From a virus, in IMG/VR virus record IMGVR_UViG_3300045988_179268, positions 160,001 through 224,000 of that record: a DNA stretch of 64,000 nucleotides; one strand, given 5' to 3'. Shown piece by piece: positions 1 through 9,000 of the stretch (within the stretch, counting starts at the first letter, position 1; every line of letters begins with the position of its first letter). Under the pieces are notes generated by a model. The model had not been told where the DNA came from. It ran no database searches and saw only the letters and a list, made by a program, of their open reading frames with translations. Position numbers and translations under genes: made by a program.

Positions 1-139
1 ACTAGGCTTATCCTCCTTTGAGGGATTGGTTGATTACTGTTGGGATTCCCCTGGCGACCTGTTGCGTGGCGTTAAATCATATTTAGCACGATGGGTTGCC
101 AGGGGTTTCCTGCACTCTAGACAGAAAGAATAATCCACT

Positions 140-961
140 ATGGAAACTTTGCATACTTTGGCAGGCAGTATGCCACTGGCATACATTACGGCAACACTTG
201 ATACAGTAACTCCACCCGAATCTCTTATCACTCTATTTGATGAGTACTTTCAGTATTTCGCGCGTAAGGGTCATGTTGAACCGTCGGACGCTGAGCAAGT
301 ACGCCCCATTCTAGACCTCATCAACTATGATTACTCACTGCCGAGTGGTGATAATGGGTTGCCAGGCGCAAACAATAATGTATCTCTGCTGGATAGCATT
401 GCTGGGTTGCCGCCTGTAGCAACTCTAGCCGCCCGATACAGGTTCATGCAGGAAGTTTACGGCAATAATCCACAGAAAGATGGAATCCCGGCGGCATTGA
501 CGGGCGAAATGCTTACCAGCGAGGCAGTGGCAGAAGCTCTAGAAGTTACTGAACGACACTTAGCGGAACGCCTTGACGTAAATGAAGGCGGCGGTGTCCT
601 TAGCGTAGACACTCCGGGCGGCGTTCGGTATCCAGCAAAGCAGTTTAATGCTGATGGCTCGGTGAATAGGCTTGTGGCGACGCTGATTCGATGGCTACCA
701 CGCAGGCTTATCGAGGGGCAGGAATGGGTAAAGCTTTTCATCCCCCATGTCGCCCTTGGGTACGTATCCCCGGTGGAGTATGCGAAGATTAGTGATGACC
801 ATAGGGAATCTCTTGCTTTTGCGTATTCGCGCTGTGAGGAATGGGTAGATGACGCGGCTCACATGGAAGCATACATGAGTGGCGATTTTGAAAATAGCCC
901 CTATTGGGATGACTATGCCGATAGATTGGAGGAGTGGGTTGTTGAAGATGGTTTAGCGTGA
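140..961 (+). CDS. hypothetical protein, 273 aa; possible HTH-like segment (LTSEAVAEALEVTERHLAERL)
   Basis: Long ORF with balanced composition; overlapping antisense ORFs are S/R/P-rich; no family recognised. Confidence 0.6.
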   Translation: METLHTLAGSMPLAYITATLDTVTPPESLITLFDEYFQYFARKGHVEPSDAEQVRPILDLINYDYSLPSGDNGLPGANNNVSLLDSIAGLPPVATLAARYRFMQEVYGNNPQKDGIPAALTGEMLTSEAVAEALEVTERHLAERLDVNEGGGVLSVDTPGGVRYPAKQFNADGSVNRLVATLIRWLPRRLIEGQEWVKLFIPHVALGYVSPVEYAKISDDHRESLAFAYSRCEEWVDDAAHMEAYMSGDFENSPYWDDYADRLEEWVVEDGLA

Positions 962-1061
962 GTATTGCGCGTGAAGCCCCTTGGGAAAAACTCTTCAAAA
1001 ATCGTCCCCACTAAGTTGCATACGGTTTCAAGGCATTCCTGCCCCGCAGACAGTTAAAAGA

Positions 1062-1072
1062 TATGATACAAT
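1062..1072 (+). promoter_or_regulatory. extended -10 promoter motif (TATGATACAAT)
   Basis: Member of the recurring TGNGNTAYANT motif; 8 nt upstream of RNA module A. Confidence 0.55.
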
Positions 1073-1079
1073 CCAAGTA

Positions 1080-1290
1080 TCACCTCGCCTGTGAGAGACG
1101 GGAGAGGTACCTAAAATAAACGGACATTACCAACCCCAATAGCAATTGGGTGAAGATGGTGTCAAGACCAGGAAGGCTGGCGATAGCCAGCTGGAGGGTT
1201 ACCGTCAGGGCTAAGCCTTGACCCGCCTAACCGCGTAGAGGTATTTCCTTATGCGCGGGGGTGGCTCTAAGAGATGGCACATTGCAAAAT
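1080..1290 (+). ncRNA. structured RNA module, copy A (5' leader of ORF 1353 or independent ncRNA)
   Basis: Begins about 8 nt after the -10. Hairpin CACCTC-N17-GAGGT 1081-1109. Conserved blocks GTCAAGACCAGGAAGG and CTGGAGGGTTACCGTCAGGGC are shared with 42808-42978. Hairpin arms covary between copies. Confidence 0.6.
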
Positions 1291-1352
1291 GAGCACCCTA
1301 ACCTCAGGTGTAAACAGGTATAACTCATCCAGTAATTAAGAGAGAGGCACCC

Positions 1353-1835
1353 ATGTCATCCGAGAAGCACCCCTACGTACAGCGCGAGAACTTCGACTCT
1401 GGAGAACTCTACAAGTTCTTTAAGGATAACCTTATCGGTCGCAAAATCACCAAGATTACCCATGAAAGCATCAAGCTTGATAACGGTTATGTTGTCAAGA
1501 TTCACCCTAACTATGGTTGCGACTGTGGCAAGGGCAACTCATTTATTGACTTCCCCTCTGCCAAGGGCGCCTTAGATGCCGCCATCATGAACATTGAGTA
1601 TGAGGAGACGGAGTATGACGAGAAGTTCGGTGAGCCTGGCTTCAAAATCTTCATCCTCATGAAAAACAACAAGATTTGCTTCGAAGGCAACGACGCATCC
1701 GATGGTGAGCCTTACTATGGCTCCGGCTTCTGGGTGGACGCGACCATGCCCGCAGACCGCGAACGCGAAGCCGAGGAAGCTAAGCGTAGGGAAGAGGCGC
1801 GCCGCGCCCGCAATGGCGGTATCCTCTGGTGGTAA
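1353..1835 (+). CDS. hypothetical protein, 160 aa, charged R/E-rich C-terminus
   Basis: ATG preceded by GAGAGAGG; clean ORF. Confidence 0.7.
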   Translation: MSSEKHPYVQRENFDSGELYKFFKDNLIGRKITKITHESIKLDNGYVVKIHPNYGCDCGKGNSFIDFPSAKGALDAAIMNIEYEETEYDEKFGEPGFKIFILMKNNKICFEGNDASDGEPYYGSGFWVDATMPADREREAEEAKRREEARRARNGGILWW

Positions 1836-2250
1836 GCAGTCTCATAGACGGTCATAACGAAAGAGGAATTACTAATACTTACTCCGCCAGAGCCACATGC
1901 AACGCATAAGTAATGCCTGTGTGTGGCTCAAGGATTACCTACTGCAAGGCACTCAAGCTATGCACCCTGGAACCCCAAACACTTGAGGTCAAAGCGGAAT
2001 GTCTGCCATAGGGAGGGGTGGCTTTCCGTTGGTTACCATTGGGCTTACACCCCTTGAGTGTTTGATGCTGACCGTTGGGTCGTGCAGGGCTGGCATCTCG
2101 TTACATAACACCCCGCGCTAGGTAAATTCATGCTGTGGTGTGCGGTTGTAGTATGAGCTGTATAAGGCTTCCGCATAAGAGTGTCTAGAAGTATCTGGAG
2201 CGCCCCTCTGGAGGCTTTTGGGCACCCTTGGGTAAAAACTGTATACGGGG

Positions 2251-2298
2251 ACACAGTTCACCCCCTCTCAGGGCTTTCTGGGAGGGGGTGAACTGTGT
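2251..2298. terminator. 17-bp perfect hairpin terminator
   Basis: ACACAGTTCACCCCCTC / GAGGGGGTGAACTGTGT just downstream of the minus-strand gene 2318-3493. Confidence 0.7.
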
Positions 2299-2317
2299 GT
2301 TATGTGTGTTTGTCAGC

Positions 2318-3493
2318 TTACAGTCCGTATGCCCTGTTGGTGAGGCGTTCAGCTTCCAGGAGGAAGTCGCTCTTGCACTGTTCTAGTTCACGCTGGGTCT
2401 TCTGTGCGCTGTTTACGAAGTCCTGAATGTGGGCGATGTTGTCGGACAGGACATAGGTGGAGGGCGGGCGGCGGCGGGCGATGTTTGCGAAGTCGGTTAC
2501 GCGGGAGCAGTCAGCTTCCTCAATCATGCTCTGCATCTTGCGGTAGTGTTCTTCCATGATTTCCTGTACCTCGTCGGTGAGCTTGTCGAGCTTGACCATT
2601 TCGGCGGGGGTGGAAGCCGGGTAGGTTACGTATTCCCACTTGTTGCGGCGGCGCTTATCTTCGGTGGGTGCGTTCTTGATGGTGACCTTTATGCCGTCAG
2701 TTTTGCTGGAGCTAATGTATCCGGCTTCTTCTCCGTTGATGTCGGTAATGTATGCGCGGGTAGTAGATACGCGGGTGATGGTGTACGGCTCACCTTCACG
2801 CATGATGGAGGTTCCGACGCGGAAAGTGCGGGGCGTGCAGTAGGGCGCTTCGGTGGTGAGGGTCACCACTTCGGGGCTGTACACATACTTGATGTCAGCT
2901 TCCTGTACCAGTTCCATAATCTGAGAGTAGACCTTGCTAGACTCTTCGCGGATAGATTCAAGGAGAGTGGCTTCCTTAGCTGACTCCTTGTCGTACATGT
3001 CGCGTACACCTTCTAGTATTTCACGCATCATGTTGTAGCCTGCGGCAACGTTTGATACATAGCTATTGATGTCCTTGTCGATAGCGTAAGCTTTTGCGTA
3101 GAACTTTTCGATGAACTGGTCTACAGGGCGAGGAGTTAGGGTGTCGAGGCGGGTGGATAGGTGTCGTCCCAGCAGGCGCTCAGCCTGGATTCGTTCACTC
3201 ATGCGCTTTTCACTGGCTTCTGCATGTGACATCTGGAATACCTCACAAGTGGTTGCAGTGGCATTGCCAGACATGGGGGCGATGGTGGTCTGACCGTCTG
3301 CGGAAGTGGTGAGTAGGTTTGCTGTGCCGTTACTAGTGTCAGCAAGTACAGCGGTCAGGTTCTCAGTATCTACAGACTGAACAACATAGAGGCTGGTAGA
3401 CATACCCAGGTCACCAATATTGCGCCACTTCGTCTTAGGTACGGTCAGTACAATGTCGCCAATGTTCAGGGTTTCAAAGTTGAGGGACTGCAT
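2318..3493 (-). CDS. two-barrel (GD-motif) paralog family member, 391 aa
   Basis: N-terminal LNIGDIVLTV motif and second barrel-like segment, as in 9504, 49878 and 59311-63971; SD GAAAGGA. Confidence 0.8.
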   Translation of the reverse strand: MQSLNFETLNIGDIVLTVPKTKWRNIGDLGMSTSLYVVQSVDTENLTAVLADTSNGTANLLTTSADGQTTIAPMSGNATATTCEVFQMSHAEASEKRMSERIQAERLLGRHLSTRLDTLTPRPVDQFIEKFYAKAYAIDKDINSYVSNVAAGYNMMREILEGVRDMYDKESAKEATLLESIREESSKVYSQIMELVQEADIKYVYSPEVVTLTTEAPYCTPRTFRVGTSIMREGEPYTITRVSTTRAYITDINGEEAGYISSSKTDGIKVTIKNAPTEDKRRRNKWEYVTYPASTPAEMVKLDKLTDEVQEIMEEHYRKMQSMIEEADCSRVTDFANIARRRPPSTYVLSDNIAHIQDFVNSAQKTQRELEQCKSDFLLEAERLTNRAYGL

Positions 3494-3556
3494 GGGGTAA
3501 GTTCCTTTCAGGGGATGATTTGATGGTGTTTGCGGGGTTTACCCACCTATAAGATA

Positions 3557-3567
3557 AGTGTACCACA
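3557..3567 (-). promoter_or_regulatory. extended -10 promoter motif (TGTGGTACACT)
   Basis: Reverse complement AAAATCTGTGGTACACTTATC upstream of 2318-3493(-); divergent with 3641-3651. Confidence 0.7.
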
Positions 3568-3640
3568 GATTTTATGAGCAATGCAACCACCTGTTTTAAA
3601 GGGTGGCAATATGGCTACCTCTTGTGCCGCCCGGCAAATA

Positions 3641-3651
3641 TGTGATACAAT
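3641..3651 (+). promoter_or_regulatory. extended -10 promoter motif (TGTGATACAATGG)
   Basis: Upstream of ORF 3726. Confidence 0.7.
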
Positions 3652-3725
3652 GGATATGTAAGCGGTCGGGTAGATACCCCACCTTGTAAAAATAACAAAC
3701 ACTCAACCTTTGGAGGGTAATCATC

Positions 3726-4757
3726 ATGTCACGCACTCTCACTACTGAAAAGCGCGTATTTACTACCGAGGACGCGGAACGATTCAAGGCACAGCGCCGA
3801 AAGATGAATACCCGAGCAAATGAAGGTGACATCTCCTCTGTAGAGTTTTTCTGCAATGAAATGGACGCTCTTGCGGAAGCAGGCGTAGAACTATTCTTTA
3901 TCACCCGCCCCGACAGCAATAACCCCACCATTGTCACTGAATCCCTTGCCGCTATCCCTGGCATCAATGCGGATAACCCTGACAAGACCCGCCTCCCTGC
4001 CGGTTCAAGCGAGATTTTCACCGAGGGTTCAACCACCTTCATCATGGGTAACGCTGTGCTGGATATGCGACCTTTCCGCCCTCGCAAGGGTGTGGGTACC
4101 CGCCTGAGCAACCTCAACTTTTTCAAGGGTACCGGCAATACCTCCGTGGTCTTCTCAGGTTCGTTTAATAGTACCGTTATTAAGACGGACAGCCCTCTCA
4201 ATAACGGCATCTTTGACGATGTTATTATTGACGTTACTGCATCAAGCTTTGACGGTGTAACCGCGATGTTTGCCACCCTAATTAGCGGCACCTTTAAGAG
4301 TGCCGGTAAGTTCGCTCTTGCGCGCATCGGTCTGGTTGGCGACATTACTATGGACGTAGATGAAGAGATGGGCGGCGCTCCCTTTGTGGAAAATCGTAGC
4401 GGCTTCATCACCTCTGCTGGTGCGGACTGGGTGAGCACTGCGGAAAAGGCAACTGGCGAGGGCGGCATGGAAGGCTGGTCGCTAGATATGCAGGAAATTA
4501 TGCGCGCAAACGTCGAAGCTGGCGACCTTCCGCGTTTCAATAATTTCTGCGTCAGCCCCGCTACCGATGTTATTGACTGTGACTGTGCAACCTGGCTATT
4601 TTTCCGCGATACCAATAAGAAGAAGAAGCGCCGCGTATGGGTTTGGCGTAATTTTGAGCTGGGCAACCCGGTAGACCCCGAGGAACTTCGCGGCATCAAC
4701 ATTGGTGCTGTTAAGCGTGCCTGGCAGAAGAATGTCGCTAAGACCTGTGTCGAATAA
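3726..4757 (+). CDS. hypothetical protein, 343 aa, central beta-strand repeat-like region
   Basis: SD GGAGGG and own promoter; the longer antisense ORF 3596-4837 is S/L/R-rich and lacks signals. Confidence 0.75.
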   Translation: MSRTLTTEKRVFTTEDAERFKAQRRKMNTRANEGDISSVEFFCNEMDALAEAGVELFFITRPDSNNPTIVTESLAAIPGINADNPDKTRLPAGSSEIFTEGSTTFIMGNAVLDMRPFRPRKGVGTRLSNLNFFKGTGNTSVVFSGSFNSTVIKTDSPLNNGIFDDVIIDVTASSFDGVTAMFATLISGTFKSAGKFALARIGLVGDITMDVDEEMGGAPFVENRSGFITSAGADWVSTAEKATGEGGMEGWSLDMQEIMRANVEAGDLPRFNNFCVSPATDVIDCDCATWLFFRDTNKKKKRRVWVWRNFELGNPVDPEELRGINIGAVKRAWQKNVAKTCVE

Positions 4758-4764
4758 TTAGTAG

Positions 4765-4800
4765 TAAGCCGGGTGTCCCGTAAGAGGGGTGCCCGGCTTA
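4765..4800 (+). terminator. hairpin terminator
   Basis: TAAGCCGGG / CCCGGCTTA after the stop of 3726-4757. Confidence 0.6.
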
Positions 4801-4849
4801 CTATATTTAAGATGCAAATGAACGTCGAGACTTCCACTCATGAAGAATA

Positions 4850-4860
4850 TGTGGTACACT
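4850..4860 (+). promoter_or_regulatory. extended -10 promoter motif (TGTGGTACACT)
   Basis: Upstream of ORF 4905. Confidence 0.7.
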
Positions 4861-4904
4861 ATTATTACTAGTTGAAGAACCAGCCCTGAAAGGATGATTG
4901 ACGC

Positions 4905-5390
4905 ATGTACACGCGCAAATATTACACCCCCGGTAGCTATGAGTGGATGCCGCATGGCGATGAAGACGAAATCTGGGAACTTTCCCGCCTCATGCACCTA
5001 GAGTACTGGCATGTCTGCAACATGCTAGGCGAACTTGAAGCGGGGCTAATCGACCGTATGCAGGATGTTCGTTACCATATCCAGCGCAAGGACTGGGATA
5101 CTAAAGCAAGTCGCGAATACCTTGAAGCTATTGAAGGTGCCATTGGCAACCTCTCTCAGGGTACGCTCAACTTGTTCTTCATGGACGGCGCATACTACGG
5201 AACCGAACTTTACGGCGGTCGCGCATGGGTCGTGCCCAATGAGAAGATTCAAGCCACTGAATCGGCACTGAAAGAAGTGGACGATTACATTGTCACGGCT
5301 ATCGACACCTACAACGAGTACCACGAAGAAGCTAAGGAACTGCTTGCACGGGAAAAGGCTCCGCGCCGCCGCACCTGGGTTAAGCCCTAG
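4905..5390 (+). CDS. hypothetical protein, 161 aa
   Basis: SD GAAAGGA, promoter 45 nt upstream. Confidence 0.75.
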   Translation: MYTRKYYTPGSYEWMPHGDEDEIWELSRLMHLEYWHVCNMLGELEAGLIDRMQDVRYHIQRKDWDTKASREYLEAIEGAIGNLSQGTLNLFFMDGAYYGTELYGGRAWVVPNEKIQATESALKEVDDYIVTAIDTYNEYHEEAKELLAREKAPRRRTWVKP

Positions 5391-5558
5391 CAAGATTTTG
5401 TAGTCCAACCCACCAATAGGAATAATAATGAGTAGTAATCGAAACGATAACCCTGACCGAAACATCACTATCGGGTTGTGCGCTATGGCGTTTTTCATTG
5501 TCCTTGGAGCAATCTCCACAATGCTACCGTTCTAGACGTTCCCGCAATAGATTGAAGC

Positions 5559-5569
5559 CGTGCTAGAAT
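5559..5569 (+). promoter_or_regulatory. weaker extended -10-like motif (CGTGCTAGAAT)
   Basis: Fits TGNTANNNT; upstream of ORF 5614. Confidence 0.4.
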
Positions 5570-5613
5570 AGGCACACATATAGAGTTATTTTTAGATACG
5601 GAAGATAGACCAA

Positions 5614-6606
5614 ATGAGCGTAGATATTCGCGTAAGGCGCTTCGCGCAGAGCGACGCAGAACGCACCCTAATGCACACCACTGATGAACGAAACCGCGCA
5701 CCCCTCACGGACGCTCTAAACAAATACTACAAGAAGCTTAAAGCTGACGAAAAGAGCGTCACCAAGGAAGACCTCGAAGAATTGCTCCGTGTCGCCTTCT
5801 ATGTGAGTACGCGACAGTCCAATCGCAACCTAGACATCATCGACCAGTACAAGGCATTTAAAGGAAAGCACCTGTATAACATGCGTGAAACCCACCCCAA
5901 TACCGCAACCCTCAAGCATCTACATGCCCAAGCGCGACAGGAATTAGGCGAAGTCGCGGAGCCTCACGGTAACCTCCAGAACCTACTGGCAAGCTACCAG
6001 AGTGAGTATGACACGCTAACCCGTCAAATTGACAACTACGGTGGCGAACTGGATGACCCGGAAGTTATCGAAAAGGCGGCGCGTCATACCTTCCTCGAAG
6101 GCTCCATTGAGCACATTAAGAAGAGCCTCAGCGACATCAAGGGGCACATGCAGGCGCTTGATGCGAACATTACCCCCGCAACCGCAGAACAGGTAGCAGA
6201 AAACTTCCGACACGCTTACGCAGAGTGCAAACAGTACGCAGACTACACCAAGGTGCTCAAGGATAAGTTCGAACAACACCTCAACGACAAGCTGGAAGCC
6301 AGCTTGCCTAATGCGGCATTTATTGACAAGGCGGCAAAGCGTAAGCGTGAGGTGGATGTAACCAAGTCTCGCGTACACTCTGAGTTGAACACCAAGCGAA
6401 ATGAACTGCTATTCATCGCTAAGTACGGCGAACGACTGAACCGACTCTACGAAGCAATGACTAAAACCCTTATTGATGAAGGTCTGTGCATCACCCGCCT
6501 AGAAGAAGCTCACGTTAAGGCACTCCAGCTCAAGCTAAACGAATATCGCAAGGAATACGAAGACCTCAAGCGAGCAATCGGCGTAAACTGCGACGATAAG
6601 AAGTAG
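5614..6606 (+). CDS. hypothetical coiled-coil-rich protein, 330 aa
   Basis: Long K/E/L-rich ORF; antisense ORF is implausible. Confidence 0.7.
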   Translation: MSVDIRVRRFAQSDAERTLMHTTDERNRAPLTDALNKYYKKLKADEKSVTKEDLEELLRVAFYVSTRQSNRNLDIIDQYKAFKGKHLYNMRETHPNTATLKHLHAQARQELGEVAEPHGNLQNLLASYQSEYDTLTRQIDNYGGELDDPEVIEKAARHTFLEGSIEHIKKSLSDIKGHMQALDANITPATAEQVAENFRHAYAECKQYADYTKVLKDKFEQHLNDKLEASLPNAAFIDKAAKRKREVDVTKSRVHSELNTKRNELLFIAKYGERLNRLYEAMTKTLIDEGLCITRLEEAHVKALQLKLNEYRKEYEDLKRAIGVNCDDKK

Positions 6607-6616
6607 CCCACCCCCA

Positions 6617-6643
6617 CCCCCTAGCTAAGAACCAAGCTAGGGG
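6617..6643 (+). terminator. hairpin (CCCCTAGCT / AGCTAGGGG)
   Basis: Directly after the stop of 5614-6606; no T-run. Confidence 0.45.
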
Positions 6644-6875
6644 TGAAGTAGTGAGCTATTGAACACACCATAAGTTAGCAGAAACCACTGCCCACCCTGA
6701 AACTTGTCTATAATTAGAGAGTAAAGGCACCCTGTAGGCAACATGTGTCCACTCATAAAGAGGTGGGAAAAATGCGAAAAACAAGTAGGTAGCCAGCTTT
6801 AACTGTCACCAAGCCAAGATACCAAACTCTGTAAAGAAATCACCCCCGACCCCTTCTATGTAAGATTGACCCCCA

Positions 6876-7757
6876 ATGCTCGAAATAACACTTGATAGAA
6901 TTAACAACCCAAGCTACGGTACGCCAACCCTCAGCGGCAGGAAACTGCAACGATACATCACCCCTGAAATTGGGTGGTTACTAACCCGCATGGATAACCG
7001 GGCGGAAATACTCAAAATGACAGCAAATAGTGAGCACTTCCTCATCAAGGAAGTACTCACTATTCAGGGGCGTGTTATCGGAACTATTGCCCAAAAGGGA
7101 AATGCCGCCCGCGCCCTGCGCCGCCAAAAGAAGCGAGAATACTACGACGAACTTGCAAACCTTGCCGTCAATCTAGAAATTCTAGGCGACGTACCTCAAA
7201 GCAAGAACGTCATCAATGCTGACATAAAACCCCGCGAGAAAAGGATTGAACAAGTGCGTGAAGACCGTAAACTCAACAAGACATTAGCTGAAACCCGCAA
7301 AGCAAACGGCATCAACATTGCGCTACTTTGGCAAGCAGAAAATTCTCTCGCCGTCAGCCGTAATGACCTGCAAACGCTTACAGCATCAATTCGCCGCGAC
7401 CATGCGGAAGGTAAGCCCGTCAAGCCCGAAGCAATTAGAGCCGCGAACACTCTAGAAAACCGCACCATCAAAGCACAGGAAGATGTCGTGAAGCACCTAC
7501 AGGAACTCGTTCGAACTGGTAAGGATGCAGAGAGTAAGCTTATTGATAAGCTACAGAACGAACGCCTAGCCAAAGCAACTAAGGCAATGCTTAACAACGT
7601 GAAACAGGTTAAGTCAATTGCTGACATTGACGGGGCAGAAAGTTCCCTTAGCCTCGAAACACTTAAAGCATACAACCATGAGGTAGACCCCCATAGCCAG
7701 ATGCAGGAGATTGACGACGAAATCTATCTTAAGAAGCTACTCAACAAGAACTACTAA
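6876..7757 (+). CDS. hypothetical coiled-coil protein, 293 aa; paralog of 52033-52998
   Basis: Shared N-terminal motif (ITPEIGWLLTRM vs ATPELGYLLNIM) and same downstream gene order. Confidence 0.75.
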   Translation: MLEITLDRINNPSYGTPTLSGRKLQRYITPEIGWLLTRMDNRAEILKMTANSEHFLIKEVLTIQGRVIGTIAQKGNAARALRRQKKREYYDELANLAVNLEILGDVPQSKNVINADIKPREKRIEQVREDRKLNKTLAETRKANGINIALLWQAENSLAVSRNDLQTLTASIRRDHAEGKPVKPEAIRAANTLENRTIKAQEDVVKHLQELVRTGKDAESKLIDKLQNERLAKATKAMLNNVKQVKSIADIDGAESSLSLETLKAYNHEVDPHSQMQEIDDEIYLKKLLNKNY

Positions 7758-7788
7758 AAACATACCAAGAAAGGAGGCGGTAAACCTC

Positions 7789-8337
7789 ATGAAACTAACC
7801 GACCATGAGCTTCTAGAAGCCGCCATTATCGAGAGAAATAAAGACCTTTATCTGAATCAGTACAGCACGCTGTTGGCAACCCCTAATGCCACCTCCAGGG
7901 AACCCATCTACTATGAATGGGGTGGCGAGGCAGATTCCGCTATCAAATCAGATGCTGAACTAGCATTATTGCCTGTCGCCTCACCTATTGGGTATATTAT
8001 TGCCTCCACTGCGGTATATGCGACCGGGCGACTGACTGGGTACTGCAATGGGCGGTCTGCAATAACTGACGAAGAGCGTCCCCATTTCGCATATGCTGAG
8101 GTGTTATACTTTATAGTTTTTACACTTTTACATATTGTCATTACGGGATTTGTAACAGTTCTTTTGATGGCTTTTATGAATGGCACTTTTAACTTTACTC
8201 TAGCGTTTCATTATTTTTGCGATGTTTCATTATTATTAAACGTTGTCGCGGGAGTTTGGCTACTTACACGCGAGGTAATTAGCCTTGTGAGGATGTTTAA
8301 GTATTTGAAATCGCACGACTCAGAGATGATTCACTAA
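7789..8337 (+). CDS. membrane protein, about 182 aa; counterpart of 53001-53597
   Basis: Start moved to ATG 7789 behind SD AAGGAGG; hydrophobic C-terminal half. Confidence 0.7.
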   Translation: MKLTDHELLEAAIIERNKDLYLNQYSTLLATPNATSREPIYYEWGGEADSAIKSDAELALLPVASPIGYIIASTAVYATGRLTGYCNGRSAITDEERPHFAYAEVLYFIVFTLLHIVITGFVTVLLMAFMNGTFNFTLAFHYFCDVSLLLNVVAGVWLLTREVISLVRMFKYLKSHDSEMIH

Positions 8338-8356
8338 GGGAGGGGTAAGTAAAGCT

Positions 8357-8863
8357 ATGGATACGACCATTCAGGATGCCTCTATGCGCACATGCGACTT
8401 TTTTGGTGATAAAAGGCATTCTTCGCTTTCGCTTATTGGGTTGCTGTGCTTGGTTTTCTTTGCGCCGGTGGGCGTACTTACTATCGCTGGATTGGTTAAT
8501 TTGGCACGTATTTTAGGATGGAAGGGTGGACACAGGTCTACCTTGGTGGCATGTAAAGATAATAACGTCCTTTCTCGGGAATCTATGTTGCAGTGGGTAA
8601 CCTTTGTTGGCATTGGCACAGTTCTTAATGTTATGTTGGCGGCTATTGTGCCGCTCTTGTTTATCCCAAGCCCTAGCTATATTCCGGCTAGTGGATTACT
8701 GACAGTTGATGAGATTTTTGGCTTTAAAGTTGCTTTCTTTTGGGGTGTAAACGCCACTGGCGGCTTGTTGCTACTGATTTTCGAGTTGGTTAGCGCCCGT
8801 AAAGCGCAAGCTACCTTGCAAGCACAGTATGAAAAGGGCAGTATGTGGCGAGTTTCTAAGTAG
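8357..8863 (+). CDS. multi-pass membrane protein, 168 aa
   Basis: SD GGAGGGG; several hydrophobic helices. Confidence 0.7.
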   Translation: MDTTIQDASMRTCDFFGDKRHSSLSLIGLLCLVFFAPVGVLTIAGLVNLARILGWKGGHRSTLVACKDNNVLSRESMLQWVTFVGIGTVLNVMLAAIVPLLFIPSPSYIPASGLLTVDEIFGFKVAFFWGVNATGGLLLLIFELVSARKAQATLQAQYEKGSMWRVSK

Positions 8864-8867
8864 AGAC

Positions 8868-8904
8868 GGGGTGGAGTGTTTTGGTATGTGAAGCACTTCA
8901 CCCC
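8868..8904 (+). terminator. hairpin terminator
   Basis: GGGGTGGAGTG / CACTTCACCCC after the stop of 8357-8863. Confidence 0.55.
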
Positions 8905-8931
8905 CTACTGGGTTGCATAGCCTTCAAAATC

Positions 8932-8942
8932 TGTGGTAGACT
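8932..8942 (+). promoter_or_regulatory. extended -10 promoter motif (TGTGGTAGACT)
   Basis: CAAAATCTGTGGTAGACTATAGG upstream of ORF 9001. Confidence 0.7.
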
Positions 8943-9000
8943 ATAGGTGTAACGAGGTGAACACCTCAAGATTCTAGTTTTCTACCGAAAGGTTCTCATC

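Noticed and set aside
1081-1245. Resemblance of RNA module A to the ydaO-type c-di-AMP riboswitch (ACGGGAGAGGTACC / GGAGGGTTACC pseudo-repeat, ACCCGCC-TAACC-GCGTAGAGGT closing onto the 5' ACCTC)
   Set aside because: The match rests on my memory of the consensus and is patchy. Copy B lacks the CTAAC and closing helix, and copy C lacks the middle. I have not adopted it, but it is worth an explicit cmscan with RF00379.
3596-4837. 413-aa minus-strand ORF, longer than the + strand ORF it overlaps
   Set aside because: It is S/L/R/T-rich with an antisense-type composition and has no SD or promoter. The + strand ORF 3726-4757 has GGAGGG and a consensus promoter.
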